DNA from: Myxococcota bacterium
GTDB taxonomy: Bacteria > Myxococcota_A > UBA796 > UBA2385
Direction of reading: 5' to 3'
DNA: 64,000 nucleotides
Assembly (NCBI GenBank): GCA_044344255.1
Contig: JBIJDH010000001.1
Span: 160,001 to 224,000, forward strand
The notes under the pieces are model-generated. The model saw only the letters and a list, made by a program, of their open reading frames with translations. It made no database searches and was not told where the DNA came from. Numbering within the stretch: the first letter of the stretch is position 1; every line of letters starts with the position of its first letter. The position numbers and the translations under genes were made by a program. Positions 1 through 9,466 of the stretch are shown piece after piece.

Positions 1-393
1 GCGCGCCGAGCAGAGCATGCCCTCGGACACGCGGCCATAGGACTCCCGCGCGGTCATCTTGCGGGTCTTGAGGCCATCCCCCTCGCCGAGCTCGAAGACC
101 ATCGCCCCCGGGAGCGACACCGCCACCCGCTGGCCAGGGCCGACACCCGCGAGGTTCGGCGCCCGGCTGGTGAGCTGCACCACCCGCCCCACGTCGACGT
201 CGAGGAACCACACCCCGGGGCGCACCTCGTCCAGGGCGAGGATGACGCCCACCACGACGTCAGGGTGGAGCGCCCCCAGGCCCTCCACGGTCTCGATCTC
301 GATGCCGGCGTTCGTCAGCCGCTCCGAGAGCGCTTCAGGAGAGACGCCCTCGAGGGAGACGTGCTCCCCCAACCAGGACAATGGCACGCGCAA
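1..393 (-). CDS. pheT: Phenylalanine--tRNA ligase beta subunit, N-terminal part (runs off window)
   Basis: Manual translation from TTG at 393: MRVPLSWLGEHV..LSERLTNAGIEIE..VVVG..DVDVG..APNL..GQRVAVSLPGA..SEGMLCSAR; directly downstream of pheS. Not in the ORF track. Confidence 0.9.
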   Translation of the reverse strand, partial: MRVPLSWLGEHVSLEGVSPEALSERLTNAGIEIETVEGLGALHPDVVVGVILALDEVRPGVWFLDVDVGRVVQLTSRAPNLAGVGPGQRVAVSLPGAMVFELGEGDGLKTRKMTARESYGRVSEGMLCSAR

Positions 394-432
394 GGGGACC
401 CCCAGAGGCCGGGTCTACAGACCCGGTGCAAA

Positions 433-1491
433 TCAGCGGAACTGCGAGAGGAAGCGCAGATCGTTCCGATAGAAGTTACGGATGTCGTCAACGCCGTGTA
501 GCAGCATCACCATGCGGGGGACGCCCATGCCGAAGGCAATGCCTCGGTTCTTCTCGGGGTCATAGCCTCCGTTCCGCAGCACGACGGGGTGCACGAGGCC
601 CGCCCCGAGCAGCTCCAGCCAGCCGGTGTACTTGCAGAGTCGGCAGCCGGCGCCACCGCAAAAGGAGCAGCGGACGTCCACCTCGACCGAGGGCTCGGTG
701 AAGGGGAAGTAGCTCCCGCGAAATCGAACGGCCTGCTCCCCGCCGAAGACGGACTTTGCGAATTGGAGCAGCAGACCCTTGAGGTCGCTCATCCGCACGT
801 CGGGCCCGACGACGAGGCCCTCGATCTGGACAAACTGCATCTCCGAGCGCGCCGTGACGTCTTCGTTTCGGTAACAGAGCCCCGGCAGCACCACGCGCAC
901 CGGCCCGGGGCCGAGGGCCCGCATCGCCCGGATCTGCCCCGCGGAGGTGTGGGTGCGGAGGACCACGCTCTCCGAGGCGTAGAAGGTGTCCTGCATGTCC
1001 CGCGCCGGGTGGTGAGCCGGCATGTTCAAGAGCTCGAAGTTGTAATGGTCGAGCTCGACGTGCGGCGACTCGAAGACCGAGAAGCCCATGTCTTGAAAGA
1101 CCCGCAAGAGGGTGCGGGTCATCGCGGTGATGGGGTGGACGCCGCCGCGGGCGGTGGCCCGAGGGGGCAGCGTCACGTCGAGGCGCTCTGCCGCGAGCTG
1201 GCGGGCCTGCTCGGCGAGCGTCACCGCCTCTCGGCGCGCGGCGAAGCCTTGGTCCAAGGCCCCGGTCACCTCGTGGATGACCACCCCGAACTGCTTTCGC
1301 TGATCAGCCGGCTGCTTGCCGATCAGGCGCTTCCACCCGTTCGCCTGGCCTGAGGGGGCGAGGTGCGCCTGGTACCAGGCGGTCAGCTCCGCTTCGTCTC
1401 CGACCGCCGAGAGGGCGCTGAGCGCCTGATCCCGGTAGGCGTGCAGGGCCGCCGCTCCGCCGCCGCTCGTCTCATCCGCTCCGCCCATCAT
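433..1491 (-). CDS. pheS: Phenylalanine--tRNA ligase alpha subunit
   Basis: LDVTLP, HP..R, NFELLNMPAHHPARDMQDTFY, LRTHTS, YFPFTEPS, GWLELLGAGLVHP, AFGMG, DIRNFYRNDLRFLSQF. Confidence 0.97.
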   Translation of the reverse strand: MMGGADETSGGGAAALHAYRDQALSALSAVGDEAELTAWYQAHLAPSGQANGWKRLIGKQPADQRKQFGVVIHEVTGALDQGFAARREAVTLAEQARQLAAERLDVTLPPRATARGGVHPITAMTRTLLRVFQDMGFSVFESPHVELDHYNFELLNMPAHHPARDMQDTFYASESVVLRTHTSAGQIRAMRALGPGPVRVVLPGLCYRNEDVTARSEMQFVQIEGLVVGPDVRMSDLKGLLLQFAKSVFGGEQAVRFRGSYFPFTEPSVEVDVRCSFCGGAGCRLCKYTGWLELLGAGLVHPVVLRNGGYDPEKNRGIAFGMGVPRMVMLLHGVDDIRNFYRNDLRFLSQFR

Positions 1492-1597
1492 GCCTCCCGG
1501 TCCTTGGGGCCACGGTATCGCGCAGGCCCCGGCGCGGCGACCGGCCGGGCCGCCTCGGGAGGCCGCCGTGACGCCGCCTGGGCCCCCCCTCAGGCGG

Positions 1598-3046
1598 TCA
1601 GGGGACGTCGTCCGGCAGCCTCTCCGCGCCGAGCAGCGGGCCGTCGCGGTCGATCAGCCCCCGGAACAGCCCGTAGTCAGCGAGGAGGCGGTCCCGATCC
1701 GCGCGGGCGCCGATCAACAGCTCCTCGTAGAGCCCTTCTTCCCCTCCCCCGGCCTCGAGGTCGGCGCGCAGCACCGAGAGCGGGTCGAGGCCGGAGGCGG
1801 TCGGTCCGCCGAGGTGCCCCGCCGCCAACAGCCGCCCCAGGCTGCGGCCGAGGCCCTCCCAGTCGAGGGCGTCGAGCCCACCCTCGGCCCACCGCTCTCC
1901 GACATCGACGTGGTCGATGTTCTGGTACCAAGAGGTCCAGGGGAGGAACCGAAAACAGAGGCCACCCTGGAGGACGGTGAGGTAGCCCGGCTGATCGACG
2001 TCGACCGACCAGAGCTGGAGGGCGGCGCGCTCGAGCCGCTCGGCGTTGTCGGCGAAGGGCGGCCGCGGGCCGCCGGGCAGCGCCGGGGGGTCCACGACCT
2101 CCCGGGCCTCGAGGAGCATGTCGTCATCGGGGTCGTCGTCGCCGAGGTCCCAGAGCAGCACGTAGCGCAGGGCCGCGTAGGAGGAGACCCCCACGCCGTA
2201 CCGCCGCCCCGCGTCGAGCAGGCGGAAGCCGCCGGGCAGCCGCGGCCGGGCCGCAGCCACGAGCCGCTCCACCTCGGCCCGCTCACCCTCACTCAAGCGC
2301 ACGAGGCCCAGGTGATCGGCGTCCGGGCGGTCGAGGAGGAGGAGCCGGCGCTCCCCGCCCTCGGCGTTCCCCTCCACTGCGGTGACGTCCTCCTCCCGGC
2401 TGCGTTCGGCCGCGGCCTCGATCGCGCTCTCCAACAGCGCCTCGATGATGCGGCCGTCGGCGTCGAGGGCCACCCGCGGCGCCACGCTCCCCTCTTTCAC
2501 CCCGTCCGCCCAGCCGTCCGACAGGGCTCGCAGCGCCGGCTGCAGGCAGGCGAGCTCGTCACAGCCCTCCATCCCGGCTTGGAGCACCGCGAGGCCGAGG
2601 GCCGCCCGACGCAGATCGAGCACCCAGGGGCCGAAGCCCGCCGCGTCGAGGTCGACGAGCTCGAGCGGCGGGATCTCCCGATCCCCGGCGTGCACCGTGC
2701 TCAGGTTCTCGGGGTGCGGGTCACCGACCAGCAGCACGCCCGCGGCCTCGGGCTCGACGAGGAAGCGAGTCGTGAGGCGGTCGGGGTCGGGGCGAGCGAG
2801 GTCGGCGTACCAGGTGCCCGCGCTCCCCCGCAGGAAGTCGTAGGGGTCCGCCGCCATCTTCTCGAACTTCCACGCCACGAGCTCTGGATCTCGGGAGAGC
2901 CAGACCCGGTTCTCGGTGACGAGCTGGTCGGCCAGCCAGGCCGCGCGCGCGGCCTCGGGGTCAGGCGGCGCGCAGCCCACCAGGGCCAAACCCAACGCCC
3001 ACCCCGCGACGCCACGGCGGCCTCCGGTTCCACGCGGGTCGCGCAT
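1598..3046 (-). CDS. DUF2252-family (kinase-like fold) protein with probable lipoprotein signal
   Basis: KMAADPYDFLRGSA, GDPHPENL, DLDAAGFGPWVLDLRR, GVGVSS, LLEARE motifs; LALVGC lipobox. Start set at ATG 3046 because the longer ORF overlaps the next gene. Confidence 0.7.
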   Translation of the reverse strand: MRDPRGTGGRRGVAGWALGLALVGCAPPDPEAARAAWLADQLVTENRVWLSRDPELVAWKFEKMAADPYDFLRGSAGTWYADLARPDPDRLTTRFLVEPEAAGVLLVGDPHPENLSTVHAGDREIPPLELVDLDAAGFGPWVLDLRRAALGLAVLQAGMEGCDELACLQPALRALSDGWADGVKEGSVAPRVALDADGRIIEALLESAIEAAAERSREEDVTAVEGNAEGGERRLLLLDRPDADHLGLVRLSEGERAEVERLVAAARPRLPGGFRLLDAGRRYGVGVSSYAALRYVLLWDLGDDDPDDDMLLEAREVVDPPALPGGPRPPFADNAERLERAALQLWSVDVDQPGYLTVLQGGLCFRFLPWTSWYQNIDHVDVGERWAEGGLDALDWEGLGRSLGRLLAAGHLGGPTASGLDPLSVLRADLEAGGGEEGLYEELLIGARADRDRLLADYGLFRGLIDRDGPLLGAERLPDDVP

Positions 3047-3075
3047 GAGCCCCGTCACCCGGTCGGCCTCCTCGC

Positions 3076-3747
3076 TCAGGCGCTGGGCGACAGCGACTGC
3101 ACGACCATCCGGAAGGAGACGCGCCCCTGGCCGACGTTCGTGGCGGTGATGAGCGCCCGATAGTCGCTGAACCGGAGCTCGCTCGAGCGCTGGTTCATCA
3201 TCCCGGTGCTGAGCCACTCCGGAGAGGTCTGACCATGCTCGACCGTAATCGGGCCCACCGTCTCGGCCAGGGCGGCCGCCGTCGAGGCGACCTGCGCGAG
3301 GGCGAGCTCGGCGGGGACGCTCGCCTGGCGGGCGGTGATCCCGACGAGGCGCTGCTGCTCGTCGAATTGGAAGGCGACAGAGTCGAAGGGGAGCGGGGAG
3401 TCGAGGGTGCCGGGCGCGATGGGGTCGCAGTTCAGCATCACCCCCTGCGCCGTGCAGGTGACGCCCTTGTTCGAGGCCCAGGCCTCGAGCTCTGACTTCG
3501 TGGTCTCATCCAGCTTGAAGCCGAAGGCTGGGCGCGAGCGCGCGGGCTCCGCGCCTCGGACCTTCGATACGGAGGTCTCACGCGCCGAGCGCTGCTGGTC
3601 GGCGCTCAGCACCTTGTCCATCCCCACGGGGCAGCTCTCCCCCGAGAGCGCCAACAACAACGGCCTCGCCACCGGGAGATGAGCGAGGCCGATGAGGCCG
3701 ACGATCCCGACAGAGGCCGCGCCCAGCATCCACCAGGCGCGGGCCAC
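3076..3747 (-). CDS. Hypothetical membrane-anchored protein
   Basis: 223-aa ORF with N-terminal hydrophobic helix; 2 bp downstream of the globin gene, same strand. Confidence 0.7.
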   Translation of the reverse strand: MARAWWMLGAASVGIVGLIGLAHLPVARPLLLALSGESCPVGMDKVLSADQQRSARETSVSKVRGAEPARSRPAFGFKLDETTKSELEAWASNKGVTCTAQGVMLNCDPIAPGTLDSPLPFDSVAFQFDEQQRLVGITARQASVPAELALAQVASTAAALAETVGPITVEHGQTSPEWLSTGMMNQRSSELRFSDYRALITATNVGQGRVSFRMVVQSLSPSA

Positions 3748-3749
3748 GA

Positions 3750-4322
3750 TCAGTGACCGACGATGGTGGCGGAGAAGGCCGGATCGACGAGCACCGGGGC
3801 GAAGCAGTTGTTGATGTCGTCGGCGGGGACGCCGTCCGTTGCGAGGATGCCCGCGATCATCGTCACGAAGTCGTCGTACTGAGCCTGCGTGATCCCCATG
3901 CCGGTGTGGGCGGTGATCATGTCGGGGCCGGTGTAGGCGCCGGTGGTGCAGCCGTAAGCGTCGCTGATGAAGTTCGCGAGGCTGGTGATGAAGGCCGTCA
4001 CGGCTTCCGGACCCTCCGCCACGAGGGGCGCGAAGAAGGGGCCGAACTGCGGATCGGCAGCGGCGGCCTCGGTGATCTGCTGGGCGACGAGGGGCACGGC
4101 GGCGCCGTAGGTCGCGCAGATGTCGGTCGTGCAGGCGTCGGCGTCGGCGTCGGCGTCGGTGTCGGCGTCGGTGTCGGCGTCGGTGTCAGCGTCGGTGTCC
4201 GAGTCGGTGTCGGTGTCGGTGTCGGCGTCCGACTCGCTCGACGAGGTGTCTTCCTTGTCCCCGCCGCAGGCCACGGCGAAAGACAACACGAGGGCGCTCA
4301 GGCCAAAGGTCATGGTCTTCAT
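3750..4322 (-). CDS. Lipoprotein with DADTD linker and group-1 truncated hemoglobin-like domain
   Basis: FAVAC lipobox; Asp/Thr/Ala repeat; ADPQFGPFF and YTGPDMITAHTGMGITQAQYDDFV match the trHbN pattern with proximal His. Confidence 0.8.
   Translation of the reverse strand: MKTMTFGLSALVLSFAVACGGDKEDTSSSESDADTDTDTDSDTDADTDADTDADTDADADADACTTDICATYGAAVPLVAQQITEAAAADPQFGPFFAPLVAEGPEAVTAFITSLANFISDAYGCTTGAYTGPDMITAHTGMGITQAQYDDFVTMIAGILATDGVPADDINNCFAPVLVDPAFSATIVGH
4135..4230. repeat. Coding low-complexity repeat (DADT/DTDT/DADA)
   Basis: Tandem gtcggc/gtcggt hexamers. Confidence 0.9.
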
Positions 4323-4421
4323 CGGTCTTCCAGTGTCTCCTGACCCGCAACATGCGGGCCTTCACGCACTCTACCCCATACGGCGGCCTCGTCCATCGGG
4401 ATCACATGGTTAGGGTGCCAG

Positions 4422-5264
4422 ATGATCCGCCTCCATGAGCACCTCCGCGCCCTCGGCCTGTCCAATTCACAGGCGAAGGACGCGCTCTCTTCGGGGAAGG
4501 TGCACCTCTGCGGCGTGCCCACCGGCGACGGCGGCCGGCTGGTGGACCCCGCGACCATCTCGTTGCGCCCGAACGCGCCCCGCCTCCACCCCGGGGCCGA
4601 CCTCGTGCTCCTGTACCGGGATGACGCCCTCGGCGTCATCTGGAAGCCCCCCGGGATGCTCTCGGTGCCGGCGCCGCGGGCGGGGGGCCACAAGAACGCG
4701 GTGGGCCTCGCCGGCCGGATCCTCGGCGAGGCGCACATCGTCCACCGCCTCGATGAGCACACCTCCGGCCTGCTGCTGGTCGCGCGGACCCTGGCGGCCC
4801 AGACCGCCCTCAAGGCCCTCCTCGAGGTGCACGCGGTGGATCGGCGCTACCTCGCCATCGTCGCCGGTTCGGCGCCCGAAGGCGAGCGGCGGGTCTCCTC
4901 CGTGCTGCGCCGGGACCGCGGCGACGGCCTGCGCGGCAGCGATCCCGAGGGGGAAGAGGGCAAGCCCGCGGTCACCTACTTCCAGCTGCGGGAGCGCCTC
5001 GGGCCTCGTTATTCGCTGGTCGAAGCCCGCCTCGAGACGGGGCGCACCCACCAGGTCCGCATCCACCTCGCCGAGCAGGGCCTCCCCCTCCTCGGCGACC
5101 CGCTCTACGCCCCCGCGGGCGTGGCCCGGCTGTGGCCCCGGCAGGCCCTCCACGCCTGGTCCCTCGCCTTTCGCCACCCCTTCACGCGGCAGGAGCTCCG
5201 CTTCGAGGCGCCGCTGGCCGACGATCTCGAGCAGCTCCGCCGCCGAATCCTGGCCTCCGCTTGA
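4422..5264 (+). CDS. RluA/RluD-family pseudouridine synthase
   Basis: KPPGMLS, VHRLDEHTSGLL, LETGRTHQVRIHL, GDPLY, RQALHA. Confidence 0.95.
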   Translation: MIRLHEHLRALGLSNSQAKDALSSGKVHLCGVPTGDGGRLVDPATISLRPNAPRLHPGADLVLLYRDDALGVIWKPPGMLSVPAPRAGGHKNAVGLAGRILGEAHIVHRLDEHTSGLLLVARTLAAQTALKALLEVHAVDRRYLAIVAGSAPEGERRVSSVLRRDRGDGLRGSDPEGEEGKPAVTYFQLRERLGPRYSLVEARLETGRTHQVRIHLAEQGLPLLGDPLYAPAGVARLWPRQALHAWSLAFRHPFTRQELRFEAPLADDLEQLRRRILASA

Positions 5265-5833
5265 ACGCCCGGGCTCGCCGCCGCCTCTGGCTCCTGGTCG
5301 CGGTCGGCGCCGGTCCCTGGGCCTTGCTCGCCCTCCTGCTCGACGCCTGGGGCCACCGCGATCCGCCCGCCGGCCCCTACGACACCATCATCGTCGCCGG
5401 CTGCCGCGTCATGCCGGACGGCCAGCCGAGCGTCGCGCTGCAGCGGCGGGCTGAGCTCGCAGTGGAGCTCTGGCGCCAGAACCCCGACAGCGTCGTAATC
5501 TTCACCGGGGGCGTCGGTGACTTTCCCCCCTCGGAGGCCATCGCCGCCTCCACCTGGGCCCAGGCGCGCGGCCTCCCCGCAGCGGTGATCCGCCTCGAAG
5601 ACCGCTCCACCTCCACCGAAGAGAACGCACGTTTTGCGGCTGAACATTACCCAGCAAAGCGCGTGCTGCTCGTGACCACCGCCTACCACACCCTCCGGGC
5701 GGGGCGGGTCTTCGGGCGCTTCTATGACGAGGTCGAGACCGCCGGCGCCAGCTCCGACCTCTCCTCCCGCCTCGTCGGCAGCCTGCGCGAGGTGCCCGCC
5801 CTCGGCTGGTACGCGCTCCGCGGGCGCCTCTGA
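5261..5833 (+). CDS. YdcF/DUF218-family protein
   Basis: IIVAG, RAELAVEL, FTGG, SEA, EDRSTSTEENARF, LVTTAYHTLRA; N-terminal TM; TTG start overlaps the upstream stop. Confidence 0.88.
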   Translation: MNARARRRLWLLVAVGAGPWALLALLLDAWGHRDPPAGPYDTIIVAGCRVMPDGQPSVALQRRAELAVELWRQNPDSVVIFTGGVGDFPPSEAIAASTWAQARGLPAAVIRLEDRSTSTEENARFAAEHYPAKRVLLVTTAYHTLRAGRVFGRFYDEVETAGASSDLSSRLVGSLREVPALGWYALRGRL

Positions 5834-5856
5834 GGCGGGTTCCACGGGGAAGCCGC

Positions 5857-6621
5857 TCAGCTCGATCGGGCCTGCCTACGCATGTAGAGGAGCGCCTCCG
5901 AGACCCGCTCCGCCTCCAGGCCGGCGGCCTCTCCGCCCTGGTCGATGACCTGCTTGGCGAGCCGCAAGGCGACTGGATCTCGTCGGGCCAGGACGGCGGC
6001 GAGGGCGAGCGCCCGCTCAAGCGGAGGATCAGCGATCTCGATCGCCAGGCCCCGCTGGAGGGCCTCCTCCGGGCCGAGCTCCCGCCCCGCGAGGATGACC
6101 TGCTTGGCCACGGAGGCGCCGACGAGGCGGCTGAGGCGGGTACAGCCCCCCGCGGAGGGGATGAGGCCGAGCGAGGTCTCCGGCAGACGCAGGCGAGCTT
6201 GGGGGCCGATCACCCGGAGGTCGCAGGCCAGCGCCAGCTCGAAGCCCCCGCCCACCGCCGCGCCCTGCACCGCGGCCACCGAGATCACCGGCGAACGCGC
6301 GATCTCGTTGAAGACCCGCTGGCTGAGGAGGTCGAGCACCTCAAGCGGATCGACCCCCTTCATCGCCTGGGTGTCGGCGCCCCCGGAGAAGGCCCGCTCC
6401 CCGGTGCTGCCGATGACGACCACCGAGACCCGCTCGGCCAGCGCCGAGAAGCCGGCGCGCAGGGCCTCCAACATCGGAGGGTCATACGCGTGGGCGCGGC
6501 TCGGGCGGTCCAACAGCAGCAGGCCCACCCCCACATCCGGCAGAATGCGGGTCAAGATAGGACCGACGCTCGGCTCGGCCCCGGCGAGCGAGAGAGCCAC
6601 CTGCGAAAAGTTCGACGCCAT
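5857..6621 (-). CDS. Enoyl-CoA hydratase/isomerase family protein
   Basis: AFSGGAD, GAAVGGGFELALACDLR, LPETSLGLIPSAGG. Confidence 0.93.
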   Translation of the reverse strand: MASNFSQVALSLAGAEPSVGPILTRILPDVGVGLLLLDRPSRAHAYDPPMLEALRAGFSALAERVSVVVIGSTGERAFSGGADTQAMKGVDPLEVLDLLSQRVFNEIARSPVISVAAVQGAAVGGGFELALACDLRVIGPQARLRLPETSLGLIPSAGGCTRLSRLVGASVAKQVILAGRELGPEEALQRGLAIEIADPPLERALALAAVLARRDPVALRLAKQVIDQGGEAAGLEAERVSEALLYMRRQARSS

Positions 6622-6676
6622 CTACAGCTCCGCCCGGCTACGCGCTCGGCGCCCCCTCCAGGAGACGATCGCCCCG

Positions 6677-7435
6677 ATGGAACGCCGTGAGAAGGTGGTG
6701 CACGAGGACACCGAACCCTGCCCCTATCTCCCCGGAGAGGTCGCGCGCCTCCCCCTGCGCTGGCAGCTCCGGCCCCTCAACGCCGAGGAGCTCGATCGAT
6801 CCCTGGCCTTGGGCGAGCGGAGGGTCGGTCGGATGTTGTACCGCCCGACCTGTCCCACCTGCCGGGCCTGCGAGCCGCTGCGCGTCCCCGTGCGGGAGTT
6901 CCAGCCCACGAAGTCCCAGCGGCGGGTGCTCCGCAAGAACGAAGACCTCCGCGTGGAGATCGGCCCCGCGACCTTCTCCGAGGAGCGGCTCCACCTCTAC
7001 AACCGCCACAAGCAGGAGCGCGGCCTCGGGCGAGACGAGCGGCTCATGACCCGCCGCGGCTACGAGGGCTGGTTCATCCAGTCCTGCACCCCCACCGTGG
7101 AGATGCGCTACTACGCCGCCGATCGGCTGATCGGCCTCGGCATCCTCGACGTCGGGGCCGAGGACGCCTCCAGCGTCTACTTCTACTTTGACCCCGACGA
7201 GTCCAAGCGCTCCCTCGGCGTCTTCTCGGTGATGGCGGAGATCCACTGGATGCGCAGCCGCGGCGGGCGCTACCACTATCTCGGCCTCTACGTGGCCGCC
7301 TGCTCCCACCTCGTCTACAAGGCCAGCTACTACCCGCATGAGCGGCTGATCGGAGACCGCTGGCACCGGGTGGAGGAGGCGCCCCTGGGCGCCCGGACCC
7401 CCGCCGCCCTCCCCGATCCGGTGAGCCCGGACTAG
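6677..7435 (+). CDS. Arginyl-tRNA--protein transferase family (bacterial Ate/Bpt-like)
   Basis: CPYLP, YRPTCPTCRACEPLR, KSQRR, SSVYFYFDP, SLGVF, YLGLYV, YKASYYPHE. Confidence 0.9.
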   Translation: MERREKVVHEDTEPCPYLPGEVARLPLRWQLRPLNAEELDRSLALGERRVGRMLYRPTCPTCRACEPLRVPVREFQPTKSQRRVLRKNEDLRVEIGPATFSEERLHLYNRHKQERGLGRDERLMTRRGYEGWFIQSCTPTVEMRYYAADRLIGLGILDVGAEDASSVYFYFDPDESKRSLGVFSVMAEIHWMRSRGGRYHYLGLYVAACSHLVYKASYYPHERLIGDRWHRVEEAPLGARTPAALPDPVSPD

Positions 7436-7446
7436 ACCCGGAAGTC

Positions 7447-9240
7447 CTAAACCAGGTAGTCTGCGAGCTGCCCCTCGGGGCGGTCTCCCGGCAGCGGCTC
7501 GACCCGCCCGGCCGAGGCCAGCCAGGCCCGCGCCGCGCGCACAGCCTCCACCGTGCTCGAGCCCCTTCGGTCGCGCTCATCGAAGAGCTGGTCGGGCTCG
7601 AGGTGTTCGAGGAGGCCGGTCCGCCGGAGCCCTTCGCGGAGGTCGGGGCGCAGGCCGCTCAAGAGCACCCGGCAGCCGCCCCGCTGCGCCTTCCGAATGA
7701 AGCCCTGCAGCTCGTCGAGCCCGACCGCGTCCGGGTTTCGGATGCGCTTGACGCGGAGCACGACGACCCGAGCCGCCTCCGCACGCTCGAGCATGTAGTC
7801 GAAGTGCTCTTCGAACGCCATCGTAGACCCAAAGAACAGCTCTCCTTCAAGGCCGAAGATCAGGAGATCGGTGTCTACTCCCTCCTCATCCCGGCGCTCG
7901 CGGACCACGCCGTCGCGGTCGACCACAAACTCGGTGCGGGTCATCCGGCCGGCCCGCGGGACGGCGAGCAGGAAGGAGAGGGTCATGCCGATGAGGATGC
8001 AGAACTCGACCGAGATGAAGACCGCGGCCGAGGCGGTGGCGATCACGATGGCGGCGTCAAAGTGGGTGGCGCGGACATGGTAGCGGAGGGCCCCCCAATC
8101 GACCATCCGAAAGGCAGAGACGAGCAGCATGCCGGCCAGGGCCGAGCGAGGGATGAAGCGGGCCCAGGGCGCAAAGAGGAGCACGATGATCGCCACGGCG
8201 ACCGCCGAGATCACCCCCGACCACTGCGAGACCGCGCCCGCCTGCTGGTTGATCGCCGAGCGCGTGAGCGAGCCGGAGCCCGGGATGCACTGGAAGAAGC
8301 TCCCCGTGACGTTGGCGAGCCCCTCCGACAGGCACTGCTGGTTGAGATCGAGCTTCTGCCCGGTCTGCGCCGCGATGGCCTTGGCCATGGCGATCGCCTC
8401 GAGCAGGCCGAGCAGCGCGATGGCGAGCGCGCTCGTCGAGAGCTCCCGCACCCAGGCCATGGTGACCGGGGGCAGGGAGGGGGTGGGGAGGCGGGCGGGG
8501 ATCTCTCCCACCACCTTCACGCCCAGGGCCTCGAGCCCGAGCGCGGCGCTGAGGGCGGCCATGATGGAGATGGTGAGCAGGAAGTCGGGGAAGAGGGTCC
8601 AGCCGAACCGACGCTTGATCGCCCGCAGCGCCAGCAGGAGCGCCACCGTGGACGCGCCCACAGCCAGCGTGGGGAGGTGGGGCGCGCCGCCCTCTGTCCA
8701 GGTGTGCCAGAGGCGGACGACGAAGTGGTCGTGGATGTCTCCTCGGGCCGACCACCCGGCCAGGTTCTTCACCTGATCGAGCACGAGCAGCATCCCCGCG
8801 CCGGCCGTGAAGCCGACGATCACCGAGTGGGAGATGTAGCGAGTGAGGTCGCCGAGCCGCAGCAGGGTGATGAGCGTCTGAAAGGCCCCGACCAGCAGCG
8901 CGAGGGTGACCGCGCCCGCCAGCTTGTCCTCCACAGGCACCAAGGCGAGGGCCGAGAGCGTGGCGATCGAGATCGCGTTCGTCGGCCCGTTGATCAGCTG
9001 CCGCGAAGAGTCGAGCAGGGCGCCCACCGCCGTCATGATGATGGCGGTGTAGAGGCCATGCTCGACCGGGACGCCGGCCACCAGCGCGTAGGCCATGGCC
9101 TGCGGCACCGCGATCGCGGCGACGGTGAGGCCGGCCACGAGATCGGCCCGCGCGTCCGCGGCCCGGTAATGCCGAAGCGCCTCCAGCGCCGGGATGCGGC
9201 GAAAGAGCAGAGACGGCCGGTTGACAGTGCGGGTGGTCAA
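7447..9240 (-). CDS. SulP-family inorganic anion transporter with STAS domain
   Basis: DLVAGLTVAAIAVPQAMAYALVAG, GPTNA, NQQCLSEGLAN, GSLTRSAIN, GELFFG; start uncertain (TTG 9240). Confidence 0.92.
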   Translation of the reverse strand: MTTRTVNRPSLLFRRIPALEALRHYRAADARADLVAGLTVAAIAVPQAMAYALVAGVPVEHGLYTAIIMTAVGALLDSSRQLINGPTNAISIATLSALALVPVEDKLAGAVTLALLVGAFQTLITLLRLGDLTRYISHSVIVGFTAGAGMLLVLDQVKNLAGWSARGDIHDHFVVRLWHTWTEGGAPHLPTLAVGASTVALLLALRAIKRRFGWTLFPDFLLTISIMAALSAALGLEALGVKVVGEIPARLPTPSLPPVTMAWVRELSTSALAIALLGLLEAIAMAKAIAAQTGQKLDLNQQCLSEGLANVTGSFFQCIPGSGSLTRSAINQQAGAVSQWSGVISAVAVAIIVLLFAPWARFIPRSALAGMLLVSAFRMVDWGALRYHVRATHFDAAIVIATASAAVFISVEFCILIGMTLSFLLAVPRAGRMTRTEFVVDRDGVVRERRDEEGVDTDLLIFGLEGELFFGSTMAFEEHFDYMLERAEAARVVVLRVKRIRNPDAVGLDELQGFIRKAQRGGCRVLLSGLRPDLREGLRRTGLLEHLEPDQLFDERDRRGSSTVEAVRAARAWLASAGRVEPLPGDRPEGQLADYLV

Positions 9241-9466
9241 GGGGGACCTGCGAGACAGAGGCCCGGGAGCATAGCGGATCCGCGACGGATTATCCCTCGT
9301 CACGGGATTGCCCGGACGGACCCCCCGCACCCCGCCCCGAGGTAGACTGCCCCCCTTCGATCGGGTCCCGCCCCTCGACCGACGGGGCCCCTCCCATGAC
9401 ACGACACCCACCCGACCCTCGCGCCCTGCGGCTCGTCCCGGCCGCCGCGCGCCCCGGCCCCCGCCG

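Noticed and set aside
1490..3163. 557-aa + strand ORF
   Set aside because: Antisense shadow of the DUF2252 gene; no motifs; typical of high-GC DNA
5945..6676. N-terminal extension of the arginyltransferase ORF
   Set aside because: Overlaps the enoyl-CoA hydratase on the opposite strand; family similarity starts at ATG 6677
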